In this document: positions 20,950 to 32,121 of the stretch, in pieces
How positions within the stretch are numbered: position 1 is the first letter of the stretch
How the letters are laid out: each line of letters opens with the position of its first letter
Assembly (NCBI GenBank): GCA_041746575.1
Contig: JBGTGT010000084.1
Span: forward strand, 19,269-83,268
DNA length: 64,000 bases
Source: Microcystaceae cyanobacterium
Lineage (GTDB): Bacteria; Cyanobacteriota; Cyanobacteriia; Cyanobacteriales; Microcystaceae
Reading direction: 5' to 3'
Notes under the pieces: generated by a model
The model's input: only the letters and a program-made list of their open reading frames with translations
Told to the model about the DNA's origin: nothing
Database searches by the model: none
Made by a program: the position numbers and the translations under genes

Positions 20950-21459
20950 CTAATCGGGGGTTGAAACTTTGAGCAAATGGCTCATCTGCTCTACTAAATC
21001 GCGACGAGGGAAGGGTTGATGGGGAATAGTGGGACGCTCTAGATACCGTTTCAGTCCTTCTCGTACCTGTTGTCGAATAACATTTTGTAGCTCATCTTTT
21101 GCGTATTGGCGTTGATAGTTCGCCCCTTCTTCTGAGGTGGCATAAAGGGGAGGAAGACGATTCAGGGCATAGGCAGAGACATCCCCCACGTCAGGAATTT
21201 GACCATTTTCGCTTTCCAGTTCGCCGAGGCAAAGAATAACTTCACTCACCACTAATTCTTCCATAACATTAACGAATTGTTTGCGGGGCATGGCAGTGAC
21301 TTCCCCAGTCAATAATGCCCCCATCAGTCTGTCTAGTGCAGTATATTCTTCGATAGAGAGTTCGGCGGCCATTTCACAGATGCGCCCCACCTCTGCCTCC
21401 ATCATCGGCGTTAAATAGCCTTCTACTAAAGCTTGTTCTACAATTTCTTGAATCGTCAT
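20950..21459 (-). CDS. comFB: ComFB-family cyclic di-nucleotide receptor (CdgR-like)
   Basis: MTIQEIVEQALVEGYLTP...FVNVMEELV...SAYALNRLPPLYATSEEG (ComFB motif); lies directly downstream of hfq. Start trimmed to ATG 21459. Confidence 0.88.
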   Translation of the reverse strand: MTIQEIVEQALVEGYLTPMMEAEVGRICEMAAELSIEEYTALDRLMGALLTGEVTAMPRKQFVNVMEELVVSEVILCLGELESENGQIPDVGDVSAYALNRLPPLYATSEEGANYQRQYAKDELQNVIRQQVREGLKRYLERPTIPHQPFPRRDLVEQMSHLLKVSTPD

Positions 21460-21532
21460 TCGATTAATTTCCCCTAATTCGCATAGCCTTAACTCAGCGT
21501 TCCCACTGCATGGCATTCAGGCAACATCCAGA

Positions 21533-21745
21533 TTACTTTTTTTCGGACAGATACATCAATGCCTGTCGCCAAATAATCTTTTCGTTGTTCTGTTGGTCTT
21601 GTAAGCACAAACACTGAGAATCTTGCCAAAGAACTTTCCCGCTCAAGGTTTCACTGGATAGGGTTTTGATTTCAACCGTGCTTTGCTCTTTGATCATTTT
21701 TTGAATCAAGCGAACACTAGGTAAACCGGTATTAAATTCTGTCAT
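21533..21745 (-). CDS. hfq: Cyanobacterial Hfq-like RNA chaperone
   Basis: 70 aa; EFNTGLPSVRLIQ, GKVLWQD and IWRQA; divergent from dapF as usual in cyanobacteria. Confidence 0.9.
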   Translation of the reverse strand: MTEFNTGLPSVRLIQKMIKEQSTVEIKTLSSETLSGKVLWQDSQCLCLQDQQNNEKIIWRQALMYLSEKK

Positions 21746-21863
21746 GTTGTCCTACTGAATTAAACGATCGTTCTAAAGTTCATTATCTAAGACCCTTGCC
21801 GAGTTTGACCCTTGTCATTGATAATTATTGATATTTGCCCTTCGCGTCACAGGAGTTATAGGG

Positions 21864-22718
21864 ATGAGCCTGGCATTTACCAAGTATCAAGGATTAGGCA
21901 ATGATTTTATTTTGGTCGATAATCGTCAGCAGGAGACACCCTTGATTTCTGCCGAACAAGCCATACAATTGTGCGATCGCCATTTTGGGATTGGAGCAGA
22001 TGGGGTGATTTTCGTGCTTCCTGCTACGGAAATAGCAGATTATACCATGAGAATTTACAATTCTGACGGTTCAGAACCAGAAATGTGCGGGAATGGCATT
22101 CGTTGTTTAGCGCGTTTTGTCGCAGATTTGGAAGGGAAGGCAGAAATCGGTAAATCCTATCGCATTCAGACCTTAGCGGGGATCATGATGCCCAAACTAG
22201 AAGAAAATGGTCAAGTTACGGTAGATATGGGAACACCATGCTTGCAAGCAGCAGAAATTCCCACCACCTTAGGGAATCCAGATGACAAAATCATTAACTA
22301 TCCTCTAAGCGTTGCAGGACAAAATTGGCAGGTAACCTGCGTCAGTATGGGCAATCCTCACTGTATCACCTTTGTCAACGAGGTTGAGCATCTTGATTTA
22401 GCCACCCTCGGCCCTCAATTTGAACATCATCCCCATTTTCCGCAACGCACTAATACAGAATTTATTGAAGTCGTTCACCCCAATTACCTAAAAATGCGGG
22501 TTTGGGAAAGAGGCGCGGGAGCGACCTTAGCCTGTGGCACTGGGGCTTGTGCCGCCGTTGTCGCAGGAGTTTTAACACAGAAAAGCGATCGCCATTGTAC
22601 AGTAGAATTGCCGGGGGGATGTCTAAACATTGAATGGTCAGAAAAGGGTCATCTCTACATGACCGGCCCCGCTAAGGCGGTTTTTGAGGGAAATCTTGTG
22701 GTAAACAGTAATCAGTGA
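21864..22718 (+). CDS. dapF: Diaminopimelate epimerase
   Basis: [26 protein letters not shown] and [13 protein letters not shown]. Start at ATG 21864. Confidence 0.97.
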   Translation: MSLAFTKYQGLGNDFILVDNRQQETPLISAEQAIQLCDRHFGIGADGVIFVLPATEIADYTMRIYNSDGSEPEMCGNGIRCLARFVADLEGKAEIGKSYRIQTLAGIMMPKLEENGQVTVDMGTPCLQAAEIPTTLGNPDDKIINYPLSVAGQNWQVTCVSMGNPHCITFVNEVEHLDLATLGPQFEHHPHFPQRTNTEFIEVVHPNYLKMRVWERGAGATLACGTGACAAVVAGVLTQKSDRHCTVELPGGCLNIEWSEKGHLYMTGPAKAVFEGNLVVNSNQ

Positions 22719-22917
22719 ACCTGTAATGCAGTCTCAAAAATCGCCCAGACTAAACTGAACGCTACAAAGATCGAGTCCTTCCTAAGCTACAATTTATTAA
22801 GAAACGTTGCGCCTATTGACTGATCGGCCAAAGTATTCTCTGCCTTAGTTGAATCTAAATTATCTTAGAGCCTCACACGCTTAACCTTTAATGTTAAATT
22901 GTCAGCAAAAATTGCTT

Positions 22918-24711
22918 ATGTCTCTTCCCATTCGTAACGTCGCTATTATCGCCCACGTTGATCACGGCAAAACTACCCTTGTAGATGCCCTACTTAAACA
23001 ATCTGGTATCTTTCGTGAAGGGGAGGAAGTTCCCGACTGCGTGATGGACTCCAATGACATCGAACGGGAGCGAGGCATTACAATTTTATCGAAAAATACA
23101 GCCGTTCGCTATCAAGACACCCTCATCAATATCGTAGATACCCCAGGCCACGCTGATTTCGGGGGAGAAGTCGAACGCGTTTTGGGGATGGTGGATGGTT
23201 GCATTCTCATTGTTGACGCCAATGAAGGTCCGATGCCTCAAACCCGTTTTGTGCTGAAAAAAGCCTTAGAACAGGGATTACGCCCGATTGTAGTGGTTAA
23301 TAAAATTGATCGCCCGAATGCTGACCCTGATGCCGCTATTGATAAAGTTTTTGACCTCTTTATTGAACTGGGTGCGGATGATGACCAATGTGATTTTACC
23401 ACTCTCTATGCGTCGGGTTTACAGGGCTACGCCAAAGATAGCTTAGAAGAAGAAGGGGAAGATATGAAGCCCCTATTTGAAGCGATTTTACACCATGTTC
23501 CGCCCCCCGCCGGCGATCCCACTAAAACCCTGCAATTACAGGTGACAACCCTTGATTATTCTGAATATTTAGGTCGTATTGTGATTGGACGCATTCATAA
23601 CGGTACCATTCGGGCAGGACAGCAGGCCGCTCTAGTCAAAGAAGATGGTAAAATTGTTAGAGCGAAAATTAGCAAATTATTGGGCTTTGAAGGCTTAAAT
23701 CGAGTGGAATTACCCGAAGCCAGTGCTGGCAATCTTGTCGCTGTAGCCGGCTTTGCAGATGCGAATATTGGGGAAACCATTACGACCCCCGATGACCCTC
23801 AAGCGTTACCCTTAATTAAGGTGGATGAACCCACCTTGCAAATGACCTTTTCGGTTAATAATTCACCTTTTGCTGGACAAGAGGGCGATTTTGTGACTTC
23901 TCGTCAGATTCGTGACCGTTTAACGCGGGAATTAGAAACCAACGTAGCTTTACGGGTGGAAGAAGGAGAATCAGCCGAACAATTTCTTGTATCAGGACGA
24001 GGTGAACTTCACTTAGGTATTTTAATCGAAAATATGCGACGGGAAGGCTATGAGTTCCAAGTTTCTCAGCCACAGGTCATTTATCGTGAAGTGAATGGTC
24101 AACCCTATGAACCGTTTGAGTATTTAGTCTTGGATGTACCCGAAGAAGCCGTCGGCAGTTGTATTGAAAGACTGGGACAACGAAAGGGAGAAATGCAGGA
24201 TATGCAAACGGGAACAAATGGACGTACGCAATTGGAGTTTATTATCCCGGCACGGGGTTTAATTGGCTTCCGAGGCGATTTTATCCGCATTACGCGGGGT
24301 GAAGGGATTATGAACCATAGTTTTTGGGAATATCGTCCTCTCGCCGGTGACTTGGAAACGCGTTACAATGGGGTGATTATTGCTTTTGAGGAAGGGGTTT
24401 CCACCTTCTATGCCATGAAAAATGCTGAAGATCGCGGCGTTTTCTTTATAACTCCCGGTACTAAGGTGTACAAAAGCATGATTGTCGGTGAACATAACCG
24501 TCCTCAAGATTTAGAATTAAATGTGTGTAAAACCAAGCAATTAACCAACCATCGTTCGGCAACCGGAGATGAATTAGTTCAATTGCAAGCACCTGTTGAA
24601 ATGAGCTTAGAACGCGCTTTAGAATACATTGGCTCTGATGAATTAGTCGAAGTCACCCCAGAGTCCATTCGACTGCGAAAATTACCCGCTAAGAAATTAG
24701 CAAAACGTTAA
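22918..24711 (+). CDS. typA: Translational GTPase TypA/BipA
   Basis: [40 protein letters not shown] and GRGELHL. Start at ATG 22918. Confidence 0.97.
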   Translation: MSLPIRNVAIIAHVDHGKTTLVDALLKQSGIFREGEEVPDCVMDSNDIERERGITILSKNTAVRYQDTLINIVDTPGHADFGGEVERVLGMVDGCILIVDANEGPMPQTRFVLKKALEQGLRPIVVVNKIDRPNADPDAAIDKVFDLFIELGADDDQCDFTTLYASGLQGYAKDSLEEEGEDMKPLFEAILHHVPPPAGDPTKTLQLQVTTLDYSEYLGRIVIGRIHNGTIRAGQQAALVKEDGKIVRAKISKLLGFEGLNRVELPEASAGNLVAVAGFADANIGETITTPDDPQALPLIKVDEPTLQMTFSVNNSPFAGQEGDFVTSRQIRDRLTRELETNVALRVEEGESAEQFLVSGRGELHLGILIENMRREGYEFQVSQPQVIYREVNGQPYEPFEYLVLDVPEEAVGSCIERLGQRKGEMQDMQTGTNGRTQLEFIIPARGLIGFRGDFIRITRGEGIMNHSFWEYRPLAGDLETRYNGVIIAFEEGVSTFYAMKNAEDRGVFFITPGTKVYKSMIVGEHNRPQDLELNVCKTKQLTNHRSATGDELVQLQAPVEMSLERALEYIGSDELVEVTPESIRLRKLPAKKLAKR

Positions 24712-24727
24712 ACTAAAGGTTAGGGTT

Positions 24728-24751
24728 TAGGGTGGGCTAGTCCCACCTTAA
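24728..24751. terminator. Hairpin between convergent typA and psb29
   Basis: GGTGGG-ctagt-CCCACC stem about 20 nt after the typA stop; no long U-tract. Confidence 0.45.
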
Positions 24752-24903
24752 TTATTATTAGCGAGCATTAATTTAGACCTAAACGTAGAGTAAAGTTTTC
24801 ATTTAAACGATCTAAAAGTTGGACGCTAATCATCGAGAGAGAGCGTATTAATATTAGTCATTATCTCGAAAATAGTCCAAGTCTTCATCGTTTTTTAGCG
24901 TTA

Positions 24904-25602
24904 TCAAGACGTTGCTGAGGCATCTTGTTCTTTTTGTAAGCGTTTTTTCCGTTCAGCTTCTAGAGTGTCTTCAATCACCTGTAACAATTGAGACATTTTC
25001 TCTAAATTGCCGCGATAAAGTTCTAAGTCTTTTTTGAGCTTATCATCGGACAGTTTCAGGGTTTGTGATAGTTTTGCAAGGGCTTCTTCTCGTTTTTCTG
25101 TGCTTTTAATTAATTCTGGATCAATATCTATTAAAACCGTGTAAAGTCCAATGGCAAAAAGACGACTATATTTAAACTGTTCTTTCTGAGCAACTCCTCG
25201 CAAAACTTGAATTAACTCATTATCAGACACTTCTGAGGCGTTATCCCCAATATTAGAAAGAAAATTTTCAACTGACATTCCTTTTGCCAAATTAAGAATT
25301 CTTTCGGCATCTTGACGATATTGGTTGGGATTTCCCCCAACAGATTGACAAAGGGCATTGAAGATAGATTCTCGGTCATTTTCGGGTTGATAGCCTTGCA
25401 TAAACTTCTCAAAAGAGGTGACAATTCCCAAGGCATAAAGCGAATCATAGGTAAAATCTGCATTTACTGACAGTAAGTGCATTTCCACCATTAACTCTTC
25501 TACCACCCGTCGATAGATAGAATTGATAGGACGGGTATGAAGGCGATAAAACTCACGTTTAGTGTCCGAAACAGTCCGAATTGCATCCACAACGTTACTC
25601 AC
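24904..25602 (-). CDS. psb29: Photosystem II biogenesis protein Psb29/Thf1
   Basis: RTVSDTKREFY, INSIYRRVVEELMVEMHLL, FKYSRLFAIGLY and KDLELYRGNLEK. Confidence 0.95.
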   Translation of the reverse strand: MSNVVDAIRTVSDTKREFYRLHTRPINSIYRRVVEELMVEMHLLSVNADFTYDSLYALGIVTSFEKFMQGYQPENDRESIFNALCQSVGGNPNQYRQDAERILNLAKGMSVENFLSNIGDNASEVSDNELIQVLRGVAQKEQFKYSRLFAIGLYTVLIDIDPELIKSTEKREEALAKLSQTLKLSDDKLKKDLELYRGNLEKMSQLLQVIEDTLEAERKKRLQKEQDASATS

Positions 25603-25808
25603 AAGTGTCTCTATAGCGTTTTATTAAGGGTGATCCTATTGTCCCTTGTCCTGTCCCCTTTGCCAAGCTCTTTAATAATCAGGCATGAGAGGACTCGATG
25701 AGATACATGATTGATTGTAGTGATTGTTGATTGAGATGGATGATATTAACTCGCAATTTGCTGTAATCGTAACCTCAAATCCTCATTAGACCTCTTAATC
25801 AATAAAAC

Positions 25809-26348
25809 TTAAAATTTTTGCCCTAATTGACTCAAATTTAAAGCATAGCCGCCAACGACCAAATAAACTGTATCCGATAAAGTGCCAATTTGACGGGTTA
25901 AATATCCTAAACGATCCCGAAAACACCTTCCCGACTCATAAGATGGAATAATACCCCATCCTGTTTCTTCTGCCACAAAAATTAGGATTATCGGTTTATC
26001 CTTCACTATGTTAAGGATATTCAATAACGCTACAACTGTTTCGTCCCAAGTCTCGTCATTCTGAGTTAATAAGTTAGCTACCCACGTTCCCAAAGAATCA
26101 ATTAGTAAACAATGCTCAGAGAGGCTATTCGCTAAAATTGTGTTTAAATGAAGGGGACAGTGCCTAATTTGCCAATGTTGAGGGCGACGCAGACGATGCG
26201 CTTCAATACGGGCTTGCCATTGAATGTCTTCGGGATAATCTTGAGCAGTGGCTATATAAATGACCGGATTTTTTTGATTTTTAGCAATATTTTCGGCAAA
26301 TTCGCTTTTCCCTGAACGGGCTGCGCCAGTGACAAGAATAATAGACAT
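25809..26348 (-). CDS. cobU: Adenosylcobinamide kinase/adenosylcobinamide-phosphate guanylyltransferase
   Basis: LVTGAARSGKSEFAE, RIEAHRLRRP, LIDSLGTW, EETGWG and FRDRLG. Confidence 0.92.
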   Translation of the reverse strand: MSIILVTGAARSGKSEFAENIAKNQKNPVIYIATAQDYPEDIQWQARIEAHRLRRPQHWQIRHCPLHLNTILANSLSEHCLLIDSLGTWVANLLTQNDETWDETVVALLNILNIVKDKPIILIFVAEETGWGIIPSYESGRCFRDRLGYLTRQIGTLSDTVYLVVGGYALNLSQLGQKF

Positions 26349-26490
26349 CTAATTTGAATGATTGACTTTTATTTCGACCTTTTTTTAAGTTTAATTGCAC
26401 TCACGCTCTCAAAATAGAGGTTAAAGGACTGATCTCTTTTATACTAGAGGAGAACTCGGGTAATTGTTAATTTCAGAGTGATTATTTTTT

Positions 26491-27564
26491 ATGAAAGCTT
26501 TAATTTTGTCTGGAGGTAAAGGAACACGATTACGGCCACTGACTTACACAGGGGCAAAACAACTGGTTCCTGTGGCTAACAAACCGATTCTTTGGTATGG
26601 GATTGAATCTATTGTACAAGCTGGAATTACCGATATTGGCATTATTATTAGTCCTGAAACCGGAGAGGAAATTCAAGTTAAAACAGGCAATGGCGATCGC
26701 TTTGGGGCAAAAATTACCTACATTACCCAAGATCAACCGCTTGGCCTTGCTCATGCGGTGAAGATGGCTCAACCTTTCTTAGGTAATTTGCCTTTTATTA
26801 TGTATTTAGGCGATAATTTGGTAGAAGATCCCCTATATCCTTTTATTAACACTTTTCAGTCCCATCAAGATGCGGCGTTTATTTTATTGAAAAAAGTCTC
26901 TAATCCCAGTGCTTTTGGGGTTGCGAAGGTAGATAATACAGGAAAAGTAATTCAACTGATTGAAAAACCGAAAGAACCTCCGTCTAATCTTGCTTTAGTG
27001 GGTATTTATTTCTTTTCTCCTTCGATTCATGAGGCGATCGCATCGATTCAACCATCGGCACGGGGGGAATTAGAAATTACGGATGCCATTCAAGCGTTAA
27101 TTCAGATGCAAAAACCAGTTGAAGCATTGCAATTGAGTGGATGGTGGTTAGATACAGGGAAAAAAGACGATTTATTAGAAGCGAATCGGATTATTTTGGA
27201 CACTCGTTTAGAAAGTGATTGTCAAGGACAGATTGATGCACAAAGTCAAGTAATCGGACGGGTCAAAATCGGTGTAAATTCTCAGATTATTAATAGTACG
27301 ATTCGGGGTCCTGTTATTATTGGCGAAAATTGTCAGATTGAAAATTGTTTTATTGGCCCTTATAGCAGTATTGCCCATGGGGTAATCTTACAAGATTCTG
27401 ATTTGGAACATAGTGTTATTTTGGAAAAGGCGCAGGTTTCAGGCGTAAAACAGCGTATTGTCGATAGCGTCATCGGACAAAGGGCAAAGTTAACAGTAGC
27501 CCCTAAACGGCCGCAAGCGTTACGCTTTATGATTGGGGATGATTCTCAAATTGAATTAACTTAA
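26491..27564 (+). CDS. rfbA: Glucose-1-phosphate thymidylyltransferase (long form)
   Basis: LILSGGKGTRLRPLT, AKQLVPVANKP, PSARGELEITDA, WWLDTG and a C-terminal beta-helix. Confidence 0.92.
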   Translation: MKALILSGGKGTRLRPLTYTGAKQLVPVANKPILWYGIESIVQAGITDIGIIISPETGEEIQVKTGNGDRFGAKITYITQDQPLGLAHAVKMAQPFLGNLPFIMYLGDNLVEDPLYPFINTFQSHQDAAFILLKKVSNPSAFGVAKVDNTGKVIQLIEKPKEPPSNLALVGIYFFSPSIHEAIASIQPSARGELEITDAIQALIQMQKPVEALQLSGWWLDTGKKDDLLEANRIILDTRLESDCQGQIDAQSQVIGRVKIGVNSQIINSTIRGPVIIGENCQIENCFIGPYSSIAHGVILQDSDLEHSVILEKAQVSGVKQRIVDSVIGQRAKLTVAPKRPQALRFMIGDDSQIELT

Positions 27565-27764
27565 AACCTGAGTCTAATGATAGACTGCGAAAAAAACAAG
27601 CTTTGTTTGCGTAGTTTCCTCAACTTGATCTAGAAGAGGAGCGAATCATTGGATTGAGATGAAAGGGGAAATTGAAATATTAATTTAAGCGTAAATGCAG
27701 AGGGCATTTTTCCGAAAAAAAGGGAACACTAGAGGTATCAAGAGATAAAGCGTATGGGAGAGTA

Positions 27765-27956
27765 ATGATGAATACTTATGATCTAAAATGCTACAAAAAA
27801 ACCTATCAAGATCCCCATTATTGGGATAAAGTCGAATGTTCCTCTCAATCTGAGCAAGATCAGCATTGGGCAAACTGCCGCCATTTAACTGACCGATTTT
27901 ATCAAGAATTACTGCTTAGAGGCTATTTAATCCCTCGCTCAGAAAATCAAACCTAG
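27765..27956 (+). CDS. Small hypothetical protein
   Basis: 63-aa ORF with GGGAGAG SD just upstream, co-oriented with phoH. Confidence 0.45.
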   Translation: MMNTYDLKCYKKTYQDPHYWDKVECSSQSEQDQHWANCRHLTDRFYQELLLRGYLIPRSENQT

Positions 27957-28015
27957 CTTGAGAGTTAACAGTAGAATAGGAATCATTAACCCACGAATCC
28001 TAAATTATTGTAGGC

Positions 28016-28978
28016 ATGACGGAAACGGCACAAACCTTTCATCTTCCCACCCCCGAAAGTGCGATGGCTTTAGCCGGGAAAGGCGAAGAAAATCTTATTT
28101 TTTTAAGTCGGCAAACAGGAACAAATTTAATTTTACGCGGACAAGACCTGCAAATACTGGGTCAATCGGCGGCTGTTGAACGGGTGATAAAGATTATCAA
28201 TGTGCTGAGTCCTTTGTGGGAGCAAGCAAAAGCAATTGCTCGTCCTGATTTGATGACGGCTTTTCATGCCTTAGATACGGACAGAGTAGATGAATATAAA
28301 GAATTACAGCACAAACCCCTTGCCCGAACCCGTCGAGGCGAGTCCATTTATGCGAAAACCTTTCGTCAGCAACAGTATATTAAAGCGATTCAACGCCATG
28401 ATATTACGTTTTGTATCGGGCCGGCTGGTACAGGCAAAACTTTTTTAGCGGCGGTTTTAGCGGTACAGGCTTTGTTAAATAATGACTTTGATCGCCTTAT
28501 TTTAACGCGTCCGGCGGTGGAGGCGGGGGAAAAATTGGGTTTTTTACCGGGGGACTTGCAACAGAAAGTCAATCCTTTCCTACGTCCGCTTTATGATGCT
28601 TTATACGAGTTTATTGATCCCGAAAAAATTCCGGATCTGATGGAGCGGGGTAAAATTGAAGTTGCGCCTTTAGCTTATATGCGGGGACGAACTTTAAGTA
28701 ATGCGTTTGTCATTGTCGATGAAGCTCAAAATACGACACCGGCTCAATTGAAAATGGTATTAACGCGCTTAGGTTTTGGCTCGAAAATGGTGGTAACGGG
28801 GGATATTACGCAGACAGACTTACCTGTACATCAAGAATCGGGGTTAGTGGTTGCGAGAAATATTTTGAAAGCCGTTGAAGGGATTGGGTTTTGTACGTTT
28901 TCTCAAGCAGATGTCGTGCGTCATCCGTTAGTACAGCGTATTGTAGAAGCCTACGAAAGGCAGGAAATGAGGCAATGA
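28016..28978 (+). CDS. phoH: PhoH-family ATPase (YbeZ-like)
   Basis: GPAGTGKT, LTRPAVEAGEKLGFLPGD, AYMRGRT, DEAQN and DVVRHPLV. Confidence 0.93.
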   Translation: MTETAQTFHLPTPESAMALAGKGEENLIFLSRQTGTNLILRGQDLQILGQSAAVERVIKIINVLSPLWEQAKAIARPDLMTAFHALDTDRVDEYKELQHKPLARTRRGESIYAKTFRQQQYIKAIQRHDITFCIGPAGTGKTFLAAVLAVQALLNNDFDRLILTRPAVEAGEKLGFLPGDLQQKVNPFLRPLYDALYEFIDPEKIPDLMERGKIEVAPLAYMRGRTLSNAFVIVDEAQNTTPAQLKMVLTRLGFGSKMVVTGDITQTDLPVHQESGLVVARNILKAVEGIGFCTFSQADVVRHPLVQRIVEAYERQEMRQ

Positions 28979-29016
28979 TGAATAATACTCCATTCTCCTA
29001 GTCCAAAAATGAAATG

Positions 29017-29782
29017 CTACAAGATACGTTTTAAATGAAGAATAAAATTGGGTAAAGTGTCTTCACACGATAAATAAGTGGGGTTTTCTAAAATTTCAAC
29101 TTCTTTACCGTGATGGTAAATCTCAACGCTCTGATTCTGAGGGTCGATTAACCATCCTAACTTTGCGCCATTTTCGATATATTCAATCATTTTAGCTTGT
29201 AATTTAACGTGAGTTCGACCATCAGAAAAGCTACGAAACTTCTTCATTTAATTTTTTTTCATTTATTTTGTGCAGGGGGCTAGTCCCCCAATCAAGAATT
29301 TGTTTTTCCTTTCCCAATCCCAATCAGAATGAACAAAAAAATTGAGATAATTGCCCTCGCCGAACTCACGTTAATTTAGCAAGATTATTGGATTGGGAGC
29401 GTAATTCGATGATAAAGTTAGGACAAAGAGGAACGAAGCCTTTTTTCTGTTCGGGAGTCAAGGATTGCCATCGTTCTCGACTTATCCAAGAGGCATCAGG
29501 GGAACGATTTGCTCCATTCGGCAGTTTAAAGCCGGTAGAAGCGTCGAAACCTTGCCCTAGTTCTTCATTTTCTTCGCACCAGCGAGCTAGTTGCCCCGTA
29601 ATCTTAAAGTTTCGCCGTCCTGATTCGCCTCCTGTGGGGGGATTCACGATTAGTTCTCCTTGTGCAGTGCGTTCGAGTCTTAAGTCGCTGTTAACGGCAG
29701 AAAGTGCCTCAAATTGTTCTGATGTAACATAGAGGTTAATGGTGCTAGGCAGTTCGAGGGATAGGGTTGGCGTTTTTATCAT
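29017..29782 (-). pseudogene. Uma2 (DUF820) family endonuclease interrupted by a 165-bp miniature element
   Basis: LERTAQGELIV, RSPDASW and CPNFIIELRS in the 5' part; KMIEYIENGAKLGWLIDP in the 3' part. Removing 29207-29371 and one TAATTTA copy restores ...NNLAKLQAKMIEY... Confidence 0.92.
29207..29371. mobile_element. MITE (165 bp) with ACGTGAGTTCG terminal inverted repeats and 7-bp target duplication
   Basis: Ends ACGTGAGTTCG...CGAACTCACGT; TAATTTA on both flanks (29200-29206 and 29372-29378); near-identical inverted copy at 54627-54810. Confidence 0.93.
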
Positions 29783-29827
29783 CGTTAAGATGGATGAATT
29801 TTGAGGCTATCTCTTAAGATTATAAAA

Positions 29828-31012
29828 TCAACCTAAATCTTTAGTGAGCAGTTTCTCATAAAAAGTCAATTGTTTTTTCGCTAATGCCAAATTTGTATAA
29901 TTTTCCATTGTTCTTTGATAACCTAATTCGGCATACTTTTCTGCTAACTGAGGTTGTTCGATAAACTGGCGTAAACAATGACTTAATGCCTCTGAATCTT
30001 TCTCAGGAAAAATCAAACCAGCCTCCCCAATCACATTAGGAATTTCTCCAGAATCTGAACCGATAACAGGGACTTTACAAGCCATTGCTTCAATTAAAAC
30101 ATGACCAAATTGTTCTTTCCATCCCACAGACGTTAAAGTTTTAAATTGTGTATCTGTTTCGGAGGGTAAAACTAAGGTATTCATCCCATTAATATAATCT
30201 GCGACTTGATCATGAGGAACGCTTTCTACGAAGATTAATCTATCTTGAATTCCTGCCTTGATGGCTTCCTTTTGAATTGTTTCTTTTAAATCTCCTCGAC
30301 CTAAGAGTAACACTTTCCAGTTTAATTCTTGAAGTTTAGGCAATGCTTTAATTAGGGTTAAAATTCCTTTTTCTGCTACAAATCTACCGACAAAGCCAAT
30401 GATAAATTCATTTTCTTGAATTCCTAATTTTTGACGCAATTCGGGTTGAGCTTTCGGGACGAACAACGTTTCATCTACGCCTAATTGAGGTAAAACGCAA
30501 TAGTCTTTTTTGTAGCCATGATCTTGTAAGATATCTACGGCATCCTGATTTCCTGCAATTAAACCATCTGTATTTTGAAGGTTATACTTTTCGAGAAATG
30601 ATAAAGGAAATTTAGACTTATAGGGTAAATTCCACCACGTAAAAAAGCAGTTTTTTGCCTTAAGTCCCAAAAATTTATTGAAAGTTATCAATTCGGCATA
30701 AGCAAAAGATTTTATTCCTTGTTCCACTTGAATAATATTGGGTTTAAACTCTTTTAGTAGGGAAACAATATCTAAACTAAAGGTTAATAAACCTTGATTG
30801 TTTTGACTAAAATTAGCAATAGGAATTACCCTAAAATTGCCTTCTTGCCAAGCTTGAGATTCAATTATTTTATTTTGAACGCCACCCGGATTCCAGACCT
30901 TAGGTACAACAACGGTTACCGCAATATCAGGGCGTAAGTTGGCTAATTGCTTAAGTTTTTCGCAATTTAACTGAACAATGTAAGTATGACTGACAACCAA
31001 AATTCTAATCAT
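29828..31012 (-). CDS. hpsO: GT4 glycosyltransferase, HpsO-like
   Basis: ILVVSHTYIVQLNCEKL, FFTWWNLPY, PQLGVDE and WKEQFGHVLIEAMAC. Confidence 0.8.
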   Translation of the reverse strand: MIRILVVSHTYIVQLNCEKLKQLANLRPDIAVTVVVPKVWNPGGVQNKIIESQAWQEGNFRVIPIANFSQNNQGLLTFSLDIVSLLKEFKPNIIQVEQGIKSFAYAELITFNKFLGLKAKNCFFTWWNLPYKSKFPLSFLEKYNLQNTDGLIAGNQDAVDILQDHGYKKDYCVLPQLGVDETLFVPKAQPELRQKLGIQENEFIIGFVGRFVAEKGILTLIKALPKLQELNWKVLLLGRGDLKETIQKEAIKAGIQDRLIFVESVPHDQVADYINGMNTLVLPSETDTQFKTLTSVGWKEQFGHVLIEAMACKVPVIGSDSGEIPNVIGEAGLIFPEKDSEALSHCLRQFIEQPQLAEKYAELGYQRTMENYTNLALAKKQLTFYEKLLTKDLG

Positions 31013-31020
31013 GATTTTTT

Positions 31021-32031
31021 CTAAGATTTTCCTTCTAATTGTTCTTGCATTTGAGTGTAAATTTGACCTTCCTTGAAAAGGGATTTTAGTTGTGTCGTTA
31101 TTGCATCGAAAAAGCCTAAGCTATAAAATACCCCACGGCTGGCAATTTTAATCGGTGAACCACTTTTATAACAAGGAGGATTTCCTAGAACATGACAGTC
31201 GAATAATTTAGCATAAAGTCGTAATTGTTGACCTAAAGTAAGGTTTTTTTGTGCCATCAAAAAATGATTATGATAAAAGGTAATTTGATACTTTAAAGAA
31301 CGAGTGGTAATATCATGGCATCCTCCTGTTTCTTCTCCTAAGTGAACTAAATACGCTTTCGGATCATACCAAATTTGATAGTTTGTTTGGCGTAATCTTA
31401 AGCAAAAGTCCGATTCTTCCCTGACTGCACTCCCTCTGAAACGCTCATCAAACCATATCCCGTGTTTCATCAAAATATCCCGCCGGAACGACATATTACA
31501 GCCCCTCGCTGAGATTACCTGTTGTGGTTGGGTTGTATGAACCAAATCGATGTGATACCATGCAATACCCGGATCTGAGGCTTCGGGGGGTAAATAGTCA
31601 ATTTCATAGGCAGATTCCCCTATTTTTTGTCGCTTTGCATCGGAAATCTTCATACGATCTAAGACGCGTCCGGCCACTGCCCCAATTTCAGGATGATTGA
31701 TATAATTACTAGCGTGAGCGTATAAGTAACCATCGGGCAATTGTACGTCATCATCAATAAATAAAACAATCTCTCCCTTCGCTTGTCGAACTCCTAAGTT
31801 TCTAGCTCCCGGCAGACTTGCCCAGTTTACTCTTGTCCACTTAATTTTCTGATTATTAGCGAGTTCTTGTAAATACTGCTCAATTTCCGGCTTATGAGAT
31901 ATCGTTTGATCAACGACCAATATTTCCCATGAAGGATACTCTTGTTTCAGCAATTCTTCGAGGGAGTCTTTGAGAATTTCTTCTCGATTATAGGTCGGAA
32001 TAATAACCGAAAGGGAAGGATAATTAACCAT
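31021..32031 (-). CDS. hpsN: GT2 glycosyltransferase, HpsN-like
   Basis: SVIIPTYNRE, LFIDDD, SARGCNMSFR and GSAVREESDFCLR; upstream of the hpsO-like gene. Start at ATG 32031. Confidence 0.8.
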   Translation of the reverse strand: MVNYPSLSVIIPTYNREEILKDSLEELLKQEYPSWEILVVDQTISHKPEIEQYLQELANNQKIKWTRVNWASLPGARNLGVRQAKGEIVLFIDDDVQLPDGYLYAHASNYINHPEIGAVAGRVLDRMKISDAKRQKIGESAYEIDYLPPEASDPGIAWYHIDLVHTTQPQQVISARGCNMSFRRDILMKHGIWFDERFRGSAVREESDFCLRLRQTNYQIWYDPKAYLVHLGEETGGCHDITTRSLKYQITFYHNHFLMAQKNLTLGQQLRLYAKLFDCHVLGNPPCYKSGSPIKIASRGVFYSLGFFDAITTQLKSLFKEGQIYTQMQEQLEGKS

Positions 32032-32121
32032 TGCAACCCCGTCAAAAAAACTTATTGGTAGCGTAGCAGACCTTGTTTTTTTAGGCAATCTATCCCGTCT
32101 AAATTTAATGTTTAAAGTAAT

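Noticed and set aside
29017..29247. 76-aa ORF as an independent gene
   Set aside because: Start lies inside the MITE; it is the 3' piece of the Uma2 pseudogene.
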